A DNA stretch of 41,460 nucleotides, from the IMG/VR virus record IMGVR_UViG_2579778753_000003; one strand, given 5' to 3'. Shown here in pieces: positions 36,960-41,460 of this stretch. The DNA comes from a virus. Lineage: Duplodnaviria; Heunggongvirae; Uroviricota; Caudoviricetes. Within the stretch, counting starts at the first letter, position 1. Each line of letters opens with the position of its first letter. The translations under genes were made by a program, and so were the position numbers. Below the pieces are notes generated by a model. The model saw nothing but the letters and a program-made list of their open reading frames with translations. It ran no database searches and had not been told where the DNA came from.

Positions 36960-38069
36960 ATGACCGACACCACCATGCAATTGCTCAGTCAGGGCACGGC
37001 CCCCGTGAAAATGCCGGATTTTGATATTCTCTCGGAGGGTAAAACGCTGTCAGGCGTGGCGGAGCGCCTGATGAGCCTGTCACTGACCGACAACCGGGGA
37101 TTTGAGGCGGACCAGCTCACCATCACGCTGGATGATGCGGATGGTCAGTTGCAGCTACCGCCACGGGGCGCGCGCCTGACGGTTCTCATTGGCTGGAAAG
37201 GAGAACCGCTGACAGAAAAAGGCACTTACATTGTTGATGAAGTCGCTCACGAAGGACCGCCGGACAGGCTGACTGTTTCAGCCAGAAGCGCAGATTTTCG
37301 GGATGAATTTAACGTTAAACGTGAGGTGTCCTGGCATGATGTGACCGTTGAGCGTGTGGTATCCGCCATCGCTCATCGGTATGGTCTGAAACCACAAATC
37401 AGCGAAATGCTGATGGATATCGAAATCGACCACGCCGACCAGACCGAAGAAAGCGACATGTCCTTCCTTACGCGCATGGCGGAAATGCTGGGCGCAATCA
37501 CCACGGTAAAAAGCGGCAATCTGTTATTCATCATGCCAGGTGGTGGCGTGAACGCACAGGGCCAGCCGTTGCCCTCGTTCGCCATTACACGCAGCAGCGG
37601 CGATCGCCATCAGTTCCGTATTGCTGACCGCGAGGCGTATACGGGGGTACGCGCCTACTGGCTTGATCTTAATTACGGGAAAAAGAAAAAAGTCAGCGTG
37701 AAACGCCGCAAACCACCAAAACCCCAAAAGGAGAAAAGCAGCAGCCGTGAAGGTGATTATATGGAAGGCGCGGAAGGCAATGTGTTTGTGTTACGCAAGA
37801 CCTATCAGAACGAACAGGCAGCAAGACGCGCAGCGGCGGCAAAGTGGCAGCAACTACAACGCGGAGCCGCATCATTCTCCATCACGCTGGCGCGTGGACG
37901 TGCAGAACTCTACCCCGAAATGCATGGTACGGTAACAGGATTTAAAAGCGAGATTGATAATCAGGACTGGATCATTGCAAAAGCCGAGCACACTATTGAT
38001 AACAGCGGCTTTACCACGCAGCTTGAGCTTGAGGCAAAAATCCCGGAATGGATAGCGGAAACAGAGTGA
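36960..38069 (+). CDS. D: Tail protein / late control protein D (P2 gpD-like)
   Basis: ATG at 36960 with AGGGAGGG upstream (the track ORF from 36828 has no Shine-Dalgarno); about 369 aa. Confidence 0.8.
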   Translation: MTDTTMQLLSQGTAPVKMPDFDILSEGKTLSGVAERLMSLSLTDNRGFEADQLTITLDDADGQLQLPPRGARLTVLIGWKGEPLTEKGTYIVDEVAHEGPPDRLTVSARSADFRDEFNVKREVSWHDVTVERVVSAIAHRYGLKPQISEMLMDIEIDHADQTEESDMSFLTRMAEMLGAITTVKSGNLLFIMPGGGVNAQGQPLPSFAITRSSGDRHQFRIADREAYTGVRAYWLDLNYGKKKKVSVKRRKPPKPQKEKSSSREGDYMEGAEGNVFVLRKTYQNEQAARRAAAAKWQQLQRGAASFSITLARGRAELYPEMHGTVTGFKSEIDNQDWIIAKAEHTIDNSGFTTQLELEAKIPEWIAETE

Positions 38070-38111
38070 GCAACTTAGAATAGCGGCAGCACCACGTTAA
38101 GGGAGGTCGCT

Positions 38112-38372
38112 ATGTTCCGTTGTCCGCTTTGTGGCGCATCTGCCCGTATCCGCACCAGTCGTCCGGAAAATGATTCAAACACCGTGCGGCAAAAGTATTA
38201 CCAGTGTAACAATCTGGAATGCGGCGTATGCTTCTCAACACTGGAAGCCTTCCATAAATTCACATCAAAACACGCCTCCGGCGTTCACTCTTCAGAAGGT
38301 ATCCCGTGGCATGAGCTGCCAGCTTCACACAGGGGAAACAATCAGATGAGTTTGCCTTTACCTCAGAATTAA
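38112..38372 (+). CDS. ogr: Late-gene transcription activator, Ogr/Delta zinc-finger family
   Basis: MFRCPLCGASARIRTSR...KYYQCNNLECGVCFST: a C4 zinc finger as in recalled P2 Ogr (MFHCPLC...YHQCQNVNCSATF). Confidence 0.85.
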   Translation: MFRCPLCGASARIRTSRPENDSNTVRQKYYQCNNLECGVCFSTLEAFHKFTSKHASGVHSSEGIPWHELPASHRGNNQMSLPLPQN

Positions 38373-38562
38373 CAGGCAGAATTGCCGGAGTAACAAAAAA
38401 GCGATAGATTACGCGCGGGTGCCTTTCGGCTGATGGTCGGAGGGAATACCCGATGGCCGGATGTGGAAAGGCCCCGGAAAACACTTTTGTTTAACCGAGG
38501 CCCTAACCGTCTACCCTAAGCAAGTGATAGGTTAGCGCCTCCCCGAAAAAGGAGCAAGCGCT

Positions 38563-38703
38563 ATGTCGCAAAAATCGCTTACGGCCATCACGTTCTGCGT
38601 GACGGTAATCCTCATCATCTGGATGCTGCACGGTTCGCTGTGTGAAATACGGATGAGCTTCTGGGGAGCGGAGTTTGCGGCGTTCTTACAGTGTAAGCAG
38701 TAA
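38563..38703 (+). CDS. Hok/Gef-family type I toxin (putative)
   Basis: 46 aa: MSQKSLTAITFCVTVILIIWMLHGSLCEIRMSFWGAEFAAFLQCKQ; membrane helix plus SLCEIR and E.AAF as in Hok (SLCEIR...EVAAFMAYE); AGGAG Shine-Dalgarno; GC-rich hairpin at 38712-38733 downstream. Confidence 0.65.
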   Translation: MSQKSLTAITFCVTVILIIWMLHGSLCEIRMSFWGAEFAAFLQCKQ

Positions 38704-38965
38704 GGAAACCGCGACGGGGGAGTAATCCCCCGTCAATCGGTTGCTAGGGTAAGGTCGATAAGGCACCCTATCTCACAGCTCTAAATGCAAAAATTCCATG
38801 AAACTGTGGGATTTTTGCATCACATACTGATACAGACCAGCCCTTCTATATGCCTCACTCTATACCAGCTAATCAATTGACACTTATCAATAAAAATAAA
38901 TCTGATAAAATCAAAATGTTTTGTAACAAATATCAACTCGTATTAATCCAAAGGAGGCGGATTAC

Positions 38966-39298
38966 ATGGCATTAATCAAATGTCCTGAATGCCAGAAAGA
39001 GGTGAGCGATTCAGCATTGTATTGCCCTGCTTGTGGTAAACAACTGCAAAAACTTAAGCGTTCATTTTTTGGACGGATCATTAAGTGGGTTTTTATATTA
39101 TTTAATATTTTTATGATCTATACGCTTTTAGTTGGACTAGGAGGCACTAGTGAAATAATAAATAATGCCACATCCGATGCCGAAAAAGCCGGTGCAGTTA
39201 TTGGTACAGGCTTAGGTTTAATTACCATTGGAAGCTTATGGGTTATTGGCGATATCATTATCGGAATTTTAGTATTTCTTACTAAACCAAAGGGATAA
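38966..39298 (+). CDS. Zinc-ribbon membrane protein, unknown function
   Basis: 110 aa; CPEC...CPAC zinc ribbon followed by two hydrophobic helices; AGGAGG Shine-Dalgarno; AT-rich. Confidence 0.6.
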   Translation: MALIKCPECQKEVSDSALYCPACGKQLQKLKRSFFGRIIKWVFILFNIFMIYTLLVGLGGTSEIINNATSDAEKAGAVIGTGLGLITIGSLWVIGDIIIGILVFLTKPKG

Positions 39299-39302
39299 TA
39301 AA

Positions 39303-40196
39303 ATGAAAAATATAATTTTTTCTATAGGTGCATCATTTATATCAATTAGTGTACTGCCTGTTCACGCAGCAACTGAACATAAGAACTTCAATGCAGTACT
39401 CCAGTGCCGAGCAATAGAAAATAATAAAGACAGACTTTCTTGTTACGATAAGTCAATACAACCGACTCGAACGAAAGTTGCTGAAAAATTCGAAAGCAGA
39501 GATCAATGCCCTGATGAGAAAGATGATGATAGACGTTTATCTTGTTATGATCGTTTCTTTTCTCCAACATTTACTCCATCTGTAAACTCAAAATCTAAAA
39601 CGGAAAAGCCAGTAACAACAGAGGCTCAGCAACCAAATCTTTCTGAGATATCTAAATGTCGTGCAGAAAATGATAAAGAAGCCAGACTAAACTGCTACGA
39701 TAAACTATTCCCACAGGATAAAATCGTTCAAGCTGAATCAAAATTAGAGAAAGCCACAGATGTAGGAAAATGGCACACATCCATTACTACATCGCCAATT
39801 GATGATTCGAAAAATGTAATTTTATCGTTAGAAAGTGATGATTATATCAGAACTCCATTTGGAGAAGCGGTTACTCCTACTCTTTTTATAGCTTGCCGAG
39901 AAAAGAAAACCGAAGTATTTCTTAGTTGGGATGTATATTTAGGCCTTGAACAAACCAGCATGCTTTATCGCCTTGATAAACAGAAAGCAGTTGAGCGAAA
40001 CTGGCTAGTATCTACAGATACAAAGGCTGTTTTTTATAAAGGTAATGACATTGATTTCATCCGAAAACTAGCCAACTCAAGCAAAATGTATACAAAAATA
40101 ACGCCTTATAATGAGAGCCCCGTAAGTGCAACTTTCAATTTAAACGGCCTGTCAAACGCGCTAAAACCGCTTCAAGCTGCTTGTAACTGGAAATAG
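39303..40196 (+). CDS. Secreted protein with three cysteine-pair repeats, unknown function
   Basis: 297 aa; signal peptide (cleavage after VHA), three copies of a C-x8/9-RL-x-CYD-K/R motif, then a roughly 150-aa C-terminal domain; AT-rich. Confidence 0.65.
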   Translation: MKNIIFSIGASFISISVLPVHAATEHKNFNAVLQCRAIENNKDRLSCYDKSIQPTRTKVAEKFESRDQCPDEKDDDRRLSCYDRFFSPTFTPSVNSKSKTEKPVTTEAQQPNLSEISKCRAENDKEARLNCYDKLFPQDKIVQAESKLEKATDVGKWHTSITTSPIDDSKNVILSLESDDYIRTPFGEAVTPTLFIACREKKTEVFLSWDVYLGLEQTSMLYRLDKQKAVERNWLVSTDTKAVFYKGNDIDFIRKLANSSKMYTKITPYNESPVSATFNLNGLSNALKPLQAACNWK

Positions 40197-40279
40197 TATT
40201 AAATCATGTGGCTTAGCCACAATCACAGATAACACAAAGCCCGTGAAAACGGGCTTTGTGTTATCTGTAACTCGAAAAT

Positions 40280-40298
40280 GTGGTCACTGCGTGGACAC
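40280..40298. repeat. Candidate attR core (right copy of 19-bp direct repeat)
   Basis: gtggtcactgcgtggacac versus 11-29 (18/19 identical); sits at the transition from AT-rich cargo to the host flk region. Confidence 0.4.
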
Positions 40299-40464
40299 GC
40301 GCTGACATAAATCCTTTTACATCAATAAATTAAGTCATCATTTTTTTCATCAACAAGGATTTTCACGTTTGTGTTACCTGTATGAGACGAGAGTTAACCG
40401 GACAAGTGTGCCATAATCTCGCGGCCAGGCATACTTGCGAAGATTTCAGGTATAAGGATACGTA

Positions 40465-41460
40465 ATGATACAACCTATTTCCGGCCCTCCTCCTGGGCAA
40501 CCACCAGGTCAGGGAGATAACCTGCCGTCTGGAGCGGGCAATCAGCCTTTATCCAGTCAGCAACGTACTTCGCTGGAAAGCTTAATGACGAAAGTGACCT
40601 CACTGACGCAACAACAAAGAGCAGAACTGTGGGCGGGTATCAGGCACGATATTGGTCTGTCGGGAGATTCACCGCTGCTTTCGCGTCACTTCCCTGCCGC
40701 TGAGCATAATCTGGCGCAACGTCTGCTGGCCGCGCAAAAAAGCCATTCTGCCCGCCAGCTTTTAGCGCAATTAGGGGAGTATTTACGTCTGGGGAATAAT
40801 CGTCAGGCGGTCACGGATTATATCCGTCATAACTTTGGTCAGACGCCGCTGAATCAGCTCTCACCGGAGCAATTAAAAACCATTCTCACCCTGTTGCAGG
40901 AAGGGAAGATGGTTATTCCGCAACCACAGCAGCGCGAGGCGACCGACCGTCCTTTATTACCGGCGGAGCACAATGCGCTAAAACAGCTGGTGACCAAACT
41001 TGCGGCGGCAACGGGGGAACCCAGCAAACAGATCTGGCAATCGATGCTGGAACTTTCCGGGGTGAAAGATGGCGAGTTAATTCCAGCGAAACTGTTTAAC
41101 CATCTGGTGACCTGGTTGCAGGCGCGCCAGACGTTAAGCCAGCAAAATACGCCGACGCTGGAATCACTACAGATGGCGCTAAAACAACCTTTAGATGCCA
41201 GTGAACTGGCGGCGTTATCGGCATATATCCAGCAAAAATATGGCCTTTCTGCGCAATCATCGCTTTCTTCTGCCCAGGCCGAGGATATTCTTAATCAGCT
41301 TTATCAACGGCGGGTTAAAGGGATTGATCCGCGTGATATGCAACCGCTGCTTAATCCTTTTCCACCGATGATGGACACGTTGCAAAATATGGCAACGCGT
41401 CCCGCGCTGTGGATACTGTTAGTCGCGATTATCCTGATGCTGGTCTGGCTGGTTCGTTAG
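40465..41460 (+). CDS. flk: Host gene: flagellar regulator Flk-like, C-tail-anchored membrane protein
   Basis: 331 aa; N-terminus MIQPISGPPPGQPPGQGDNLPSG and a single C-terminal helix (ALWILLVAIILMLVWLV) match recalled enterobacterial Flk. Confidence 0.6.
   Translation: MIQPISGPPPGQPPGQGDNLPSGAGNQPLSSQQRTSLESLMTKVTSLTQQQRAELWAGIRHDIGLSGDSPLLSRHFPAAEHNLAQRLLAAQKSHSARQLLAQLGEYLRLGNNRQAVTDYIRHNFGQTPLNQLSPEQLKTILTLLQEGKMVIPQPQQREATDRPLLPAEHNALKQLVTKLAAATGEPSKQIWQSMLELSGVKDGELIPAKLFNHLVTWLQARQTLSQQNTPTLESLQMALKQPLDASELAALSAYIQQKYGLSAQSSLSSAQAEDILNQLYQRRVKGIDPRDMQPLLNPFPPMMDTLQNMATRPALWILLVAIILMLVWLVR

Larger units (their letters stand above)
11..40298. mobile_element. P2-like (Peduovirus-type) integrated prophage, approximate extent
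   Basis: Complete P2-type gene set in P2 prophage order (int, C, cox, A, portal to gpD, ogr), bracketed by a 19-bp direct repeat at 11-29 and 40280-40298; host flk follows. Confidence 0.8.

Noticed and set aside
38373-38560. tRNA gene at the right prophage end as the integration target
   Set aside because: Scanned both ends for tRNA hallmarks (GGTTCGAAT-type T-loop, acceptor-stem pairing, CCA) and found none; the GC-rich structure at 38420-38560 fits a hok mRNA leader better.

Overview
The window is almost entirely one P2-like (Peduovirus-type) prophage of about 40 kb, with the host gene flk at the right edge. Gene order is: integrase, C repressor and Cox switch, an early operon of small genes, an HUH rolling-circle replication initiator, then an accessory slot, then the late head, lysis, baseplate and tail-fibre genes, a Gin/Pin-type invertase, the tail sheath-to-gpU block, gpD and Ogr. 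A 19-bp direct repeat at 11-29 and 40280-40298 brackets the element and is a candidate attL/attR pair. The accessory slot between the replication gene and the portal (the tin/old position of P2) carries a ParM/ParR-like partition pair and an AT-rich two-gene membrane-protein operon with no recognisable family; this operon, preceded by a leader peptide and terminator hairpin, is the best candidate for an undescribed defence or exclusion module. A second AT-rich cargo island sits between ogr and the right repeat: a Hok/Gef-like toxin, a zinc-ribbon membrane protein and a secreted cysteine-repeat protein. Two structural anomalies stand out: the tail-fibre invertible cassette is present as a 6.1-kb perfect palindrome (centre 27450), and the sheath-to-gpU tail block is inverted relative to canonical P2 order. 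Both could be real rearrangements or assembly artefacts. All calls rest on reading the sequence and recalled family features; no searches were run.
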